In this document: piece by piece, positions 20,712 through 31,293 of the stretch | Layout: each line of letters starts with the position of its first letter | Position numbering within the stretch: position 1 is the stretch's first letter | NCBI GenBank assembly: GCA_045628045.1 | Contig: JAZQOV010000001.1 | Coordinates: 64,001 to 128,000, forward strand | Length of the DNA stretch: 64,000 bases | Reading direction: 5' to 3' | Source: Bacilli bacterium | Lineage (GTDB): Bacteria; Bacillota_I; Bacilli_A; RFN20; CAG-826 | Made by a program: the position numbers and the translations under genes | Notes under the pieces: generated by a model | What the model saw: the letters and a program-made list of their open reading frames with translations, nothing else | What the model was told of the DNA's origin: nothing | Database searches by the model: none

Positions 20712-20846
20712 TTAGAAAACGAGTTTTGCTCTTCCTTTTGCTCTACGAGCAGCTAAAACTTTACGCCCACCTGCTGTAGACATTCTTTGACGGAAACCAT
20801 GAACGTTACGTCTGTGTTTGTTTGATGGTTGAAATGTTCTTTTCAT
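20712..20846 (-). CDS. rpmH: 50S ribosomal protein L34
   Basis: Not in the ORF track. Manual translation: [52 protein letters not shown]. Confidence 0.97.
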   Translation of the reverse strand: MKRTFQPSNKHRRNVHGFRQRMSTAGGRKVLAARRAKGRAKLVF

Positions 20847-20884
20847 AAGATATCTCCTCTGTGCCTTTTTAGCACGCGCTGATA

Positions 20885-20913
20885 ATTATATATACGCACG
20901 CCCTGTAAGTCAA
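20885..20913 (-). promoter_or_regulatory. Sigma-A promoter of the rpmH operon
   Basis: TTGACT-17 nt-TATAAT on the minus strand. Confidence 0.8.
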
Positions 20914-20949
20914 AGACTTTTAGCGAGCGCACACGTGGTTTCCTTAATT

Positions 20950-21300
20950 TATGAGTGATAATTTTCGTCTATCAAAAATTAATCCACAAAAACATTCGAT
21001 TTTTTCTAATATTTTATACACATTTTTGCTCATTTTGTGGCAAATCCACACGTTGTTAATTCAGTGTGAATAACTTTTGTGGAAATTTCGAATTTATTCG
21101 ATTAAATCTAATTTTATTTTATATTTTTCTTTGTGGTTTGCGATTTTTTTGTGAAATGTAATTAATCAAGTTTTCCACAACTTCCCACATAGGTAGAAAC
21201 AAAATTTTGAAAAGATGTGGATAACTCTAAATATTTCGATGATTTATTATGATTTTTTTGTTTTTAATTGTGGAAAATTATTTCTTTGAACAAATGTTAT
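20950..21300. other. oriC, upstream DnaA-box cluster
   Basis: Perfect boxes: TTATACACA 21014-21022, TGTGAATAA 21065-21073, TGTGGATAA 21216-21224. Near matches at 21042, 21078, 21171, 21269. AT-rich, and gene orientation switches here. Confidence 0.9.
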
Positions 21301-21327
21301 TGATATTTATTAAATAAATAGTATACT
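21300..21327 (+). promoter_or_regulatory. Putative dnaA promoter
   Basis: TTGATA-16 nt-TATACT. Confidence 0.55.
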
Positions 21328-21355
21328 TTTTCTCGAAATTAGCAGGTGAACAAAT

Positions 21356-22711
21356 ATGAACGAGACAATTTCTGAATTGCAAAGTTCTTGGACACGAATT
21401 CAAGAAGAACTAAATAAAACAATTGAAGACAGACATTTTTTCGATGTTTATTTATGCGACTCATACATTCACGTTATTAATAATGGAGTTATGGAGGTCG
21501 TTTTAGCATCAAATTTAGCTGTTAAAATTCTTAGTTCTAAGTACACATCAGTTGTTCAAGATGCAGCAAAACTTGTTTTGGGACAATCTTTAAAAGTTAA
21601 ATTTGTAACAAAAGATGAGACCAAACCAATAGAATCTCTTTCTAATAAGAAAGAGGAATTCTTCCAAAGCCAAGTTATCAACCCTTCATTAACATTTGAT
21701 AGCTTTATTACCGGCCCTTCAAATCTTGAGGCTAAACAAGCAGCACTTTATGTTGCTTCAAATCCAGGCAAAGGATTTAACCCATTATTTATCTATTCCA
21801 ACTCTGGTTTAGGCAAAACACACCTTATGCACGCAATCATTAACTATGTTAAAGAAAGCATGCCAGGCAAAAAAGCACTTTATTGCGATTCTAACGATTT
21901 CTTATCTGAATATGTTAAATATGTTACGGGGGTGAATAAAGGATCTTCGTTTAAAGATTACATTACTAGTTTCGATTTCTTCCTTATTGATGATATTCAA
22001 AATATTGCTACAAGAGAGCACACATCATTGTTCTTCTTCGATATATTCAATATCTTACATTCACACGGAAAACAAATTGTTATCACAAGTGATAAACACC
22101 CTGGAGATCTTAAGTCATTTGATGAAAGACTCAAATCCAGATTCTCTGCTGGTCTAACAGTTTCAATAGAGCAGCCAGACGTACAAACTTGTGTGTCGAT
22201 TCTTAGAAATAAAATCGATAAGAGTTTGCTTGATATAAATACCTTTGATCCAAAAGTTCTAGAATTTATCGCTGAGAACTTCTCAAAGAACATCAGAGAT
22301 ATTGATCACGCATTCAATAAATTACTTTGGTACGTTACTAGCTTCAGACCTACAAGATTCATTGATATGGATATCGCATATGAAGCACTTCAATCTTTGA
22401 TTGATGTAAAACAAGCAAAGACAAAGCTTAACGAACAAAGAATCCTAGCAGTGGTTGCAGATTACTACAACAAAACGCCATCTCAGCTTACTGGAACATC
22501 AAGGCAAGGTGAAATTGTGTTCGCAAGACACATTGCAATGTATTTAATAAGAAAAATGTTAGATACGCCTTACACCAAAATTGGAATTATATTTGGCGGC
22601 AAGGACCATTCAACTGTTATGAGTGGTGTTGAAAAGGTGGAAAAAGAGTTGAAAACTAACCCTAATATTGAGACTGTTATTTCTGAGATTAAAAACCTCT
22701 TAAAAGCATAA
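21356..22711 (+). CDS. dnaA: Replication initiator DnaA
   Basis: TFDSFI.G.SN, NPLFIY..SGLGKTHL, DDIQ, RLKSRF, domain IV GGKDHSTV. Confidence 0.98.
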   Translation: MNETISELQSSWTRIQEELNKTIEDRHFFDVYLCDSYIHVINNGVMEVVLASNLAVKILSSKYTSVVQDAAKLVLGQSLKVKFVTKDETKPIESLSNKKEEFFQSQVINPSLTFDSFITGPSNLEAKQAALYVASNPGKGFNPLFIYSNSGLGKTHLMHAIINYVKESMPGKKALYCDSNDFLSEYVKYVTGVNKGSSFKDYITSFDFFLIDDIQNIATREHTSLFFFDIFNILHSHGKQIVITSDKHPGDLKSFDERLKSRFSAGLTVSIEQPDVQTCVSILRNKIDKSLLDINTFDPKVLEFIAENFSKNIRDIDHAFNKLLWYVTSFRPTRFIDMDIAYEALQSLIDVKQAKTKLNEQRILAVVADYYNKTPSQLTGTSRQGEIVFARHIAMYLIRKMLDTPYTKIGIIFGGKDHSTVMSGVEKVEKELKTNPNIETVISEIKNLLKA

Positions 22712-22771
22712 TCTTATATTAATACGTGTGCGCGAGAAAATTATGTGTTAAAATTTAACTAACAACATAAG

Positions 22772-22812
22772 TTATCCACACAATCCACAGGACTAATAAT
22801 AATAAAAATATA
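22772..22812 (+). other. oriC unwinding region (DnaA boxes plus DnaA-trio-like repeats)
   Basis: TTATCCACA 22772-22780, CAATCCACA 22781-22789, then GGAC, TAATAATAATAA and an AT-rich tract. This matches the B. subtilis incC layout. Confidence 0.75.
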
Positions 22813-22835
22813 TTTAAAAAGGAGAAATAAATATT

Positions 22836-23954
22836 ATGAGATTTACAATAGATAAAGAATCTTTAATGAAAGGATTGACCTTAGTAAGCAAAGCCGTTCC
22901 TCAAAAAGCTGAACTTCCAATTCTTTCATATTTCAAATTAGCTTTAACAGAAAAAGGCTTAGAAATTACAGGATCAGATAACAATATTACTATTTCAACA
23001 ATTGTTCCTTTTATGATTGGTGAAAAAGAGATAATTAGAAATTCACAAGAAGGATCTACTTTAGTAGGTGCAAAAATTTTTATTGAAGTTGTTCGTCACC
23101 TCGAAGACGAAACTTGTACATTTGAACTTATTGATACTTCAATTCTTAAAATCGAAGATTCAAAATCAAATTTCAAACTAAATTCTCTTAGAGCTGATGA
23201 ATATCCAGACATCGATTTAAGCGTTTCTGGGGCCTCTTTATCAATCCAAGGCAAAGATATTCAAGCTATCGTTGAATCAACGGCATTTGCCGCTTCTATT
23301 AAGGAAACAAGGCCAATTTTAACTGCAGTCAACCTCGAAGCAGGTGATTTTAAGCTCACCGCGACTGCAACTGACACCGCAAGACTAGCTAGAAAATCAA
23401 TTGATATTGAATCGGAAGCAAAATTTGTTGCTAATATTGCAGCCAAAAAATTACTCGACATTGTTAGAAGTTTTGAACCAAGTGATGAAGTTACGATTGC
23501 TGTCAGTGAATCGAAAGCAGTTTTTGCATTTGGAAACTCAGTTATTTCAACAAGATTAGTCTCTGGAGACTATCCAAACACAAAAAATATTTTCCCAACA
23601 ACTTTCAATTATTTTCTTGAAGTCAATGCTCAAGAGTTGTTGAAAGCCATGGAGAGAGTTTCACTTTTATCAACTGAATATGAGGGCGTAATTAAACTTG
23701 TAATGGATGAAGATGAGGTTGAGATGATTTCAAGATCTTCTGCTGTTGGTTCTGCAAACGAAAAACTTTCAGTTTTTCAATATTCAGGCGAGCACCTTGA
23801 AATCTCATTTAAAGCATCGTTTGTCGCAGACGCAATTCGTGCTTGTAAGAGTGAGGATGTGACCATTGCATTTGTTGGCGAAATGAAGCCATTTGTTGTC
23901 AAGAATGTCAAAGATGCATCAGTCCAAATGCTGCTCACTCCATTGCGCTCATAA
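22836..23954 (+). CDS. dnaN: DNA polymerase III beta clamp
   Basis: 372 aa; RPILT, ATDTARLA, GDYP, C-terminal LLTPLR; follows dnaA. Confidence 0.97.
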   Translation: MRFTIDKESLMKGLTLVSKAVPQKAELPILSYFKLALTEKGLEITGSDNNITISTIVPFMIGEKEIIRNSQEGSTLVGAKIFIEVVRHLEDETCTFELIDTSILKIEDSKSNFKLNSLRADEYPDIDLSVSGASLSIQGKDIQAIVESTAFAASIKETRPILTAVNLEAGDFKLTATATDTARLARKSIDIESEAKFVANIAAKKLLDIVRSFEPSDEVTIAVSESKAVFAFGNSVISTRLVSGDYPNTKNIFPTTFNYFLEVNAQELLKAMERVSLLSTEYEGVIKLVMDEDEVEMISRSSAVGSANEKLSVFQYSGEHLEISFKASFVADAIRACKSEDVTIAFVGEMKPFVVKNVKDASVQMLLTPLRS

Positions 23955-23991
23955 ATAGCGAAAAATTGATATTTAAAACATATTAAAAATT

Positions 23992-24020
23992 AAGGGAATT
24001 ATATATTCCCTTTTTATTTT
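23992..24020 (+). terminator. Terminator after dnaN
   Basis: AAGGGAAT-TATAT-ATTCCCTT followed by T runs. Confidence 0.7.
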
Positions 24021-24076
24021 ATATATGATACAATATCTCCAGAGGACAGAAATTTACCTTTTTTATGATTAAAAAA

Positions 24077-24286
24077 ATGACTGAAATTTCAATCTCAACT
24101 GAGTACATCACACTTGGTCAATTTCTCAAGCTTGCAGATGTTATCGATTCTGGTGGAGAAGCAAAGATGTTCCTTGCTCAAAACGAGGTTCTGATAGACG
24201 GAACACCTGACAATCGTAGAGGAAGAAAACTTAGAGGTGGAGAAGTTATTGAAATTCTTGGTCAAAAATACGAGATTAAAAAATGA
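24077..24286 (+). CDS. yaaA: S4-domain RNA-binding protein YaaA
   Basis: EYITLGQFLK...SGGEAK...RRGRKL; lies between dnaN and recF. Confidence 0.92.
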   Translation: MTEISISTEYITLGQFLKLADVIDSGGEAKMFLAQNEVLIDGTPDNRRGRKLRGGEVIEILGQKYEIKK

Positions 24287-25362
24287 TTGTTAAAAATCTG
24301 GTCCTTAGGAATTTCCGAAACTACGATTTTGCAAAAGTTGAATTTGACCCTAAGTTAAATATCATCGTAGGCAAAAATGCAGCAGGGAAGACAAACATAG
24401 TTGAAGCGATTTACTTTTTGTCCCTTGCGAGGTCGTTTCGAACTTCTGAATATGGCGAATTAATCAAAAATAAGCGCCAATATAGCGAAATTGAGGCACG
24501 AGTTGAGCAAGATACCATAAACAAAGATATCGTTGCTCTAATGACCTCTTCCAGCAAGAAGTTCACATGTAACGACAAACCAGTTAAGAAATTATCCGAT
24601 CTTTCTCAACTTATAAATGTAATAGTCTTTGAGCCTAAAGATACGCTTATGTTTAGCGATTCTCCTTTAGTGAGAAGAAACTATCTAGACATTAATCTTT
24701 CAAAGAAGTCACCAATTTATTTAGAAAATTTGATGGTCTTTGAGAAATTATTAAAGGAACGTAACGCAATTCTTAAAAGCGACGAGGTGGATAAGTTACA
24801 ACTTGATGTAGTTACTGAGCAAATGATTGCCGTTGAGGAAACCATTTGTAGATACCGCGCCGCCTACATTAGTGAAATTAATAACATTCTTTCTAGATTA
24901 ATAACAAAGTTAAAAGGCAAAGAAGAGAAAGCAGAATTAGTTTACTTGCCGTTTATTAAATTAGACGACAAGTTTAAAAATTCGTGCGCGCGTGCCTATG
25001 CGCATAATGTGGAGAGTGATATTAAACATAAGGCAACGCAATTAGGAATTCATCGTGAAGATATGAAGATGATTCTAAACGGAAAAGACATCGCTCTTCA
25101 GGGCTCGCAAGGAGAAAACAGAATTGCGGTTATCGCATTAAAACTTGCTCCTTACTTCCTAATCGAAGAAAAAGAGAAAAAGCCAATCATTATTCTAGAC
25201 GATGTTATGTCAGAGCTTGATGAAGAGCACAAACAAAGATTACTTACATTTGTAAAAGGATTAGAACAGGTATTTATTACCGCAACAAAAACAAACATTA
25301 CTGACGCTGCAATATTCGAAGTGTCAGAGCATATCATTACAAGGAGGAATGCTAAATGGTAG
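24283..25362 (+). CDS. recF: DNA replication/repair protein RecF
   Basis: [36 protein letters not shown]. Confidence 0.96.
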   Translation: MIVKNLVLRNFRNYDFAKVEFDPKLNIIVGKNAAGKTNIVEAIYFLSLARSFRTSEYGELIKNKRQYSEIEARVEQDTINKDIVALMTSSSKKFTCNDKPVKKLSDLSQLINVIVFEPKDTLMFSDSPLVRRNYLDINLSKKSPIYLENLMVFEKLLKERNAILKSDEVDKLQLDVVTEQMIAVEETICRYRAAYISEINNILSRLITKLKGKEEKAELVYLPFIKLDDKFKNSCARAYAHNVESDIKHKATQLGIHREDMKMILNGKDIALQGSQGENRIAVIALKLAPYFLIEEKEKKPIIILDDVMSELDEEHKQRLLTFVKGLEQVFITATKTNITDAAIFEVSEHIITRRNAKW

Positions 25363-27359
25363 AACAAGATGAAAAAGTCGAATTAAACGTCGATGCATCA
25401 AACGAAGACAAACCAGATGCTGATTACTCAGCTAAGGATCTTCAAGTTCTCGAAGGCCTTGAGGCGGTTCGTAAACGTCCAGGTATGTACATTGGTACAA
25501 CCGCAGCAGCAGGTCTTCATCACCTTGTTTGGGAAATCGTTGATAACTCAATCGACGAAGCCCTTGCAGGTTTCTGTGACAAAATCGTAGTCACAATCAA
25601 CAAAGGCGACACAATCACTGTCGAAGATAACGGCCGTGGTATTCCAGTCGACATTGTTGCTAAATCAGGCTTATCAGGTGTTGAAACAGTCTTTACTATT
25701 CTTCACGCTGGCGGTAAGTTTGGTGAAACAGGAGGATACAAAGTATCCGGCGGTTTACATGGTGTTGGTGCATCAGTCGTTAACGCCCTTTCTGAATGGT
25801 TAGAAGTTGTTGTTAAGAAAAACGGCAAAGTTCACACCATGAAATTCGGACGTGGCGGAAAACCAGTTGATCACTTACACGTTATTGGCGATTGCCCAGA
25901 AAACGAATCTGGAACAATTGTTACATTTAAACCAGATGACACAATCTTTACTGAAACAACAGTTTATGATTATGACATTATCTGTGATCACCTTAAACAA
26001 ATGGCTTATCTTAACAAAGGAGTCAGAATTGTAGTAAAAGATGATCGTGTTTCACCAGCAAAAGAAGAAACTTATTGCTACGAAGGTGGTATTAAAGAAT
26101 ACGTTTCAGCAATTAACTTTAATAAAACACCAATCATGCAAGATGTTATCTATTGCGAAGGCCGTGGAAAATACATGGTTGGAGATGAAGAAAAAGGTCA
26201 TATCTATTGTGAAGTTGCAATGCAATATAACGAAAGCTATAACCCAACAATCTTCTCATTCTGTAATAACATTCATACTCATGAAGGTGGAACCCACGAA
26301 GAAGGTTTCCGTCTTGCAATGAGACGTGTCATGAATGATTACGCAAGAAAAGTAAAAATTCTTAAAGATGATCAAGACGATCTTGAAACAAGTGATATTT
26401 TGGAAGGCTTAACAGCAATTATCTCAATTAAGCACCCAAACCCACAATATGAAGGACAAACAAAGACCAAACTCGGTAACTCCGAAGTTCGTAAAATTGT
26501 TTCTCAAGTTGTTGGTGATTCACTTGAAAGATTCTTGCTTGAAAATCCAAAAGTTGCAGAAGAAATTATTCAAAAACTTAGAATGGCCGCAACTGCTCGT
26601 ATGGCAGCACGTGCCGCTCAAGAATCTGTCCGTAGAAAAACTGGACTTGAAGTCACTACACTTCCTGGAAAATTAGCTGACTGTTCAAGTAAAGAACCAG
26701 AAAAATGCGAACTCTACATCGTTGAGGGTAACTCAGCTGGAGGCTCTGCTAAAAACGGACGTGATAGAGAAACTCAAGCTATCTTACCACTTCGTGGTAA
26801 AATCTTGAACGTTGAAAAAGCAACTCAAGAAAAAGCATTCGAAAATGCTGAAATTGGTAACATGATTGTTGCTATCGGAGCTGGTATTGATCCAGAATTC
26901 CATATCGAAAAAGCACGTTATCATAAAATTGTTATCATGACCGATGCTGATGTCGACGGTTCACACATCAGAATCCTTCTTTTAACATTCTTCTTCAGAT
27001 TTATGAAGGAATTAATTGAAGCAGGTTATATTTACATTGCTCAACCACCACTATTCAAAGTTGATTATCATGGCAAATCATACTATGCCTATAACGAAGA
27101 CCAACTTGAAATTATCAAAAAACAACTTGATCTTAAACCAGGCTATCCATTCCAACGCTATAAAGGTCTTGGTGAAATGGATGCTGAACAACTTTGGGAA
27201 ACCACAATGGATCCAAATAATCGTAAGATGCTTAAGGTTACAATGAATGATGCTATTGAAGCAGACAAAGTCTTTACGGACTTAATGGGCGATGAAGTTC
27301 TCCCAAGAAAAGACTTTATTGCTAAATATGCTAAGTTCGTTAAGAACCTTGATATTTAA
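25356..27359 (+). CDS. gyrB: DNA gyrase subunit B
   Basis: [49 protein letters not shown]. Confidence 0.98.
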   Translation: MVEQDEKVELNVDASNEDKPDADYSAKDLQVLEGLEAVRKRPGMYIGTTAAAGLHHLVWEIVDNSIDEALAGFCDKIVVTINKGDTITVEDNGRGIPVDIVAKSGLSGVETVFTILHAGGKFGETGGYKVSGGLHGVGASVVNALSEWLEVVVKKNGKVHTMKFGRGGKPVDHLHVIGDCPENESGTIVTFKPDDTIFTETTVYDYDIICDHLKQMAYLNKGVRIVVKDDRVSPAKEETYCYEGGIKEYVSAINFNKTPIMQDVIYCEGRGKYMVGDEEKGHIYCEVAMQYNESYNPTIFSFCNNIHTHEGGTHEEGFRLAMRRVMNDYARKVKILKDDQDDLETSDILEGLTAIISIKHPNPQYEGQTKTKLGNSEVRKIVSQVVGDSLERFLLENPKVAEEIIQKLRMAATARMAARAAQESVRRKTGLEVTTLPGKLADCSSKEPEKCELYIVEGNSAGGSAKNGRDRETQAILPLRGKILNVEKATQEKAFENAEIGNMIVAIGAGIDPEFHIEKARYHKIVIMTDADVDGSHIRILLLTFFFRFMKELIEAGYIYIAQPPLFKVDYHGKSYYAYNEDQLEIIKKQLDLKPGYPFQRYKGLGEMDAEQLWETTMDPNNRKMLKVTMNDAIEADKVFTDLMGDEVLPRKDFIAKYAKFVKNLDI

Positions 27360-27377
27360 TGAAAGGAGAAAGAAAAA

Positions 27378-29897
27378 ATGGCAGACGAAATCAAAAAAAC
27401 TGTTGAAGCAGGTATTGCTTCCGGTACAGAAGACACAGATCTTTCTCAATTAGTCAAAGACTCATTCCTTGACTACGCAATGTCAGTTATCGTTGCTCGT
27501 GCTATTCCAGATGTTCGTGATGGTTGTAAACCAGTTCACCGTAGAGTCATCTATGGCATGCATGTAACAGGCATGTTCCCAGGAACTCCTTTCAAAAAGA
27601 GTGCCCGTATTGTTGGTGACGTTATGGGTAAATATCACCCACACGGCGACGCTGCAATTTACTCAACTTTAGTTAGACTTGCTCAACCATTCGCAATGCG
27701 TTATACACTCGTCGATGGACATGGTAACTTCGGTTCTATGGACGGCGATGAGCCAGCTGCTATGCGTTATACAGAAGCAAGAATGACAAAACTTGCCACC
27801 GAAATGGTCAGAGACCTTAACTGTAATACAGTTAACATGGTTGATAACTACGACGGTACTGAACAAGAACCAGAAGTTTTACCATCTAGATTCCCAAATA
27901 TCCTTGTTAATGGATCTAATGGTATTGCTGTTGGTATGGCAACTTATATTCCAACACATAACTTAGGCGAAACAATCGACGCAGTTATTGCTGTTGCAAA
28001 AAATCCTGAAATTACTCCAATTGAGATTATGCAAGATTACCTCCATGGTCCTGACTTCCCAACTGGCGCAACAATTTTAGGAAGAACCGGAATCAAAGAT
28101 TATTTTGAAACTGGTACAGGTTCAATCGTTATTAGATCAAAAGCTGAAATTAAAGAAAACGAAAGAACTGGTAAAAAACAAATTATTGTTACAGAAATTC
28201 CATATCAAGTTAACAAAGCAACAATGATTGAGTCAATTGCTCATCTTGTTAGAGATAAAGTTATTGATGGAATTACTGATATTCGTGATGAATCTTCAAA
28301 AGGTGATGTCCGTATCGTTATCGATGTAAGACATGATGCCATTCCAGAAGTTATCTTAAATCAACTTTATAAGATGACTCAACTTCAAACAAGTATGGGT
28401 ATTATTATGCTCTGCCTTGTTGATGGCGCACCAAAAGTTCTTCCAGTTACAGAAATTTTAAAACATTACCTTGATTTCCAAGTTGATGTTGTCGAAAGAA
28501 GAACAAAGTTCTTACTTGCAAAAGACGAAGCTCGTGATCATATCGTTGTTGGCTTACTTAAAGCTATTGGCGATATCGACGCAATCGTTGAAACAATTAA
28601 GAAGAGTGCGACTCCAGAAGATGCTACAAAAGCATTAATGGATAAGTTTGGATTCTCTGAAGAACAAACAGCTGCTATTCTCGCTATGACTCTCCGTAGA
28701 CTTACTGGTCTTGAAGAAGGAAAACTCGAAGAAGAAAGAGCTCAACTTGAAGCAAATATTGCTAACTATCATCACATTCTTGAAAGTAGAGCAAACGTTA
28801 CTGAAGTTGTTGTTAATGAACTTCTTGAAATTAAAGAAAAATATAGCGATGATCGCCGTACTGAAATTTCTGATGAAGCAGCAACAATCGAAGATGAAGC
28901 TTTAATTCCACAAAAGGAAATTGTCATCACATTATCCAAGAATAACTATGTTAAGAGAATGGAAGCAGATACATTCCGTACTCAAAACCGTGGTGGTCGC
29001 GGAGTCCGTGGTGCAGCCTTAAATGATGAAGATGAAGTTTCAATTATGCTTCACACAAGAACACATATTGACATTATGTTCTTCTCTAATCTCGGACGCG
29101 TTTATAGATTAAGAGGTTACATGATTCCAGAAGGATCAAGAATTTCAAAAGGAATTCCAATGCAACAATTACTTAATCTTGAAAAAGGTGAGAAGATTAT
29201 GTCTATCATACCAATTGAAGACTACTCAGAAGGCAACTTCTTATTCTTCGCAACTAAAGATGGTATTGTTAAACGTACATCAGTTGCTGAATTCGAATCA
29301 GTCAGAAAGAATGGTAAGATCGCTATTACTTTACGTGAAGGCGACGCATTACTTGATGTTAAATACACAACGGGCGATGTCACTGTTTGCTTAGCAAGTA
29401 GCAAAGGTAAACTTGTTAAGTTTAATGAAACTCAAGCAAGACCTCTTGGAAGAACTGCTTCCGGTGTTAAAGGTATCGAACTTGATGAAGGCGCAGTTGT
29501 TGTTGGCATGACCACATCACTTGAGGGAAATTACATTCTTGTCATTACTTCACACGGTTTCGGTAAGATGTCTGAAATCGGCGAATACCGTGAAACAAAA
29601 CGTGGCGCAAAAGGTGTTACTACACTTAACGCAACAGTTAAGGCTGGTAAGCTTGTTGCAATGAGAGCAGTCAATGGTGATGAAGACTTAATGATGGTTA
29701 CTAATGGCGGGACAGTTATTAGAATCCCACTTGAACAAGTCAAGGTTGCACACCGTGTAACTCAAGGCGTCAAAGTTATTAGACTTGAAGACGATAAACA
29801 AAGAGTTTCATCTATTACTGTTGTTCCACATGAAGAAGCTTCAGAGGGTGAAGAAGCAGTAGAAGAAGCTCCAGTAGCCGAAGAAGCTGCAAACTAA
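27378..29897 (+). CDS. gyrA: DNA gyrase subunit A
   Basis: PDVRDG.KPVHRR, YHPHGD, AAMRYTE (catalytic Tyr), GyrA-box QNRGGRG, CTD repeats. Confidence 0.98.
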   Translation: MADEIKKTVEAGIASGTEDTDLSQLVKDSFLDYAMSVIVARAIPDVRDGCKPVHRRVIYGMHVTGMFPGTPFKKSARIVGDVMGKYHPHGDAAIYSTLVRLAQPFAMRYTLVDGHGNFGSMDGDEPAAMRYTEARMTKLATEMVRDLNCNTVNMVDNYDGTEQEPEVLPSRFPNILVNGSNGIAVGMATYIPTHNLGETIDAVIAVAKNPEITPIEIMQDYLHGPDFPTGATILGRTGIKDYFETGTGSIVIRSKAEIKENERTGKKQIIVTEIPYQVNKATMIESIAHLVRDKVIDGITDIRDESSKGDVRIVIDVRHDAIPEVILNQLYKMTQLQTSMGIIMLCLVDGAPKVLPVTEILKHYLDFQVDVVERRTKFLLAKDEARDHIVVGLLKAIGDIDAIVETIKKSATPEDATKALMDKFGFSEEQTAAILAMTLRRLTGLEEGKLEEERAQLEANIANYHHILESRANVTEVVVNELLEIKEKYSDDRRTEISDEAATIEDEALIPQKEIVITLSKNNYVKRMEADTFRTQNRGGRGVRGAALNDEDEVSIMLHTRTHIDIMFFSNLGRVYRLRGYMIPEGSRISKGIPMQQLLNLEKGEKIMSIIPIEDYSEGNFLFFATKDGIVKRTSVAEFESVRKNGKIAITLREGDALLDVKYTTGDVTVCLASSKGKLVKFNETQARPLGRTASGVKGIELDEGAVVVGMTTSLEGNYILVITSHGFGKMSEIGEYRETKRGAKGVTTLNATVKAGKLVAMRAVNGDEDLMMVTNGGTVIRIPLEQVKVAHRVTQGVKVIRLEDDKQRVSSITVVPHEEASEGEEAVEEAPVAEEAAN

Positions 29898-29989
29898 AAA
29901 TATCCGCAAAAAAGTGTAGATTTTGAAAAGTTATGTGCGAATTTCCTATGATTTTCGCACATAACTAATTAAAGAAAGAAGGATTGAAT

Positions 29990-31270
29990 ATGATTGATAT
30001 TAAATTAATTCTTGATGATCCTAAAGCTATTGAAGCAAAGTTAGCCAAGAAAGGATGCAAAGTTGATTTTGCACCTCTTGTTGAACTTTCTAAAAAACGT
30101 AAGGAACTTCTTTTAAGTGTTGAGAATGCAAAAGCAGAAAGAAATAAACTTTCCGCAAGTGTTCCGCAAGTTAAAAAAGAAGGCGGAGATGTTAATGCAA
30201 TTTTTGCAAAGGTCAAAGAGATTGCTGCAAAGAGTGCAAAAGACGAAGAAGAACTTAATAGAGTTGAGGAAGAAATTAAAAACTTTATTCTTCCACTTCC
30301 AAATTTACCAGATGATGATTTACTTGCTGGCGGAAAAGAGAATAACAAAGTTATTCATGAATATGGAAAACCAATTAAGTTTGATTTTGAAGCAAAAAAT
30401 CACGTTGATTTATGTGAATCACTTGGCTTAATTGATTATGAACGTGGCGCAAAAATGAGCGGACACGGATGTTGGGTTTACACAGGCCTTGGCGCTCAAC
30501 TTGAATGGGCACTTCTTAATTTCTTCATTAGTGAACATCTTAAAGATGGATACACAATGATTCTTCCTCCACATATGCTTAATGAAGAATCTGGTTATGT
30601 TGCAGGTCAATTCCCAAAATTTAAAGAAGATGTTTTCTGGCTTAGCAATGCTGAACCAAAGAAATTCATTCTTCCTACAGCAGAAACAGCCTTAGTTAAT
30701 ATGCATAGAGATGAAATTCTCTCCGAAGATGAACTTCCAAAGAAATATTTCGCTTACACTCCATGCTATCGTAGAGAAGCAGGCACATATCGAACCGAAG
30801 AACGCGGTATGATTAGAGGTTATCAATTTAATAAAATTGAAATGTTCCAATACACCACAGAAGAAGGCGATCAACCTGCATTTGAAGAACTTGTAAAAAA
30901 AGCAATTTCGCTCCTTGATAAGTTAGGTCTTACATTCCGTGTTTCTAAACTTGCAGCAGAAGATATTACTGCATCAATGGCTAGAACATATGATATTGAA
31001 ATATATATTCCATCAATTGGAATTTACAAAGAAGTAAGTTCTGTTTCAACAGCACATGATTATCAAGCAAGACGTGGAATGATTAGATATCGTGATAAAG
31101 CAACAGGCAAAACCAAATATGCTCATACATTAAATGGTTCTGGCTTAGCAACTTCGCGTGTATTTCCAGCTTTAGTGGAACAATTCCAACAAAAAGATGG
31201 ATCAATTAAAATTCCAGAAGTGCTTAGACCATGGATGGGCGGACTTGAATATATCAAGCCAAAGAAATAA
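29990..31270 (+). CDS. serS: Serine-tRNA ligase
   Basis: N-terminal coiled coil, LPTAE, CYRREAG, RGYQFNKIE, HTLNGSGLA.SR. Confidence 0.97.
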   Translation: MIDIKLILDDPKAIEAKLAKKGCKVDFAPLVELSKKRKELLLSVENAKAERNKLSASVPQVKKEGGDVNAIFAKVKEIAAKSAKDEEELNRVEEEIKNFILPLPNLPDDDLLAGGKENNKVIHEYGKPIKFDFEAKNHVDLCESLGLIDYERGAKMSGHGCWVYTGLGAQLEWALLNFFISEHLKDGYTMILPPHMLNEESGYVAGQFPKFKEDVFWLSNAEPKKFILPTAETALVNMHRDEILSEDELPKKYFAYTPCYRREAGTYRTEERGMIRGYQFNKIEMFQYTTEEGDQPAFEELVKKAISLLDKLGLTFRVSKLAAEDITASMARTYDIEIYIPSIGIYKEVSSVSTAHDYQARRGMIRYRDKATGKTKYAHTLNGSGLATSRVFPALVEQFQQKDGSIKIPEVLRPWMGGLEYIKPKK

Positions 31271-31293
31271 TTCCTAAAAAAGAAAGGTCTCAA

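Noticed and set aside
29822-29837. parS-like TGTTCCACATGAAGAA in gyrA, and the CACGTGGAAAC core in metG near 49936
   Set aside because: Each has three or more mismatches to TGTTNCACGTGAAACA and is explained by coding sequence.
29898-29989. T-box riboswitch upstream of serS (also checked upstream of metG)
   Set aside because: The intergenic regions are too short and have no TGGNACC T-box motif.
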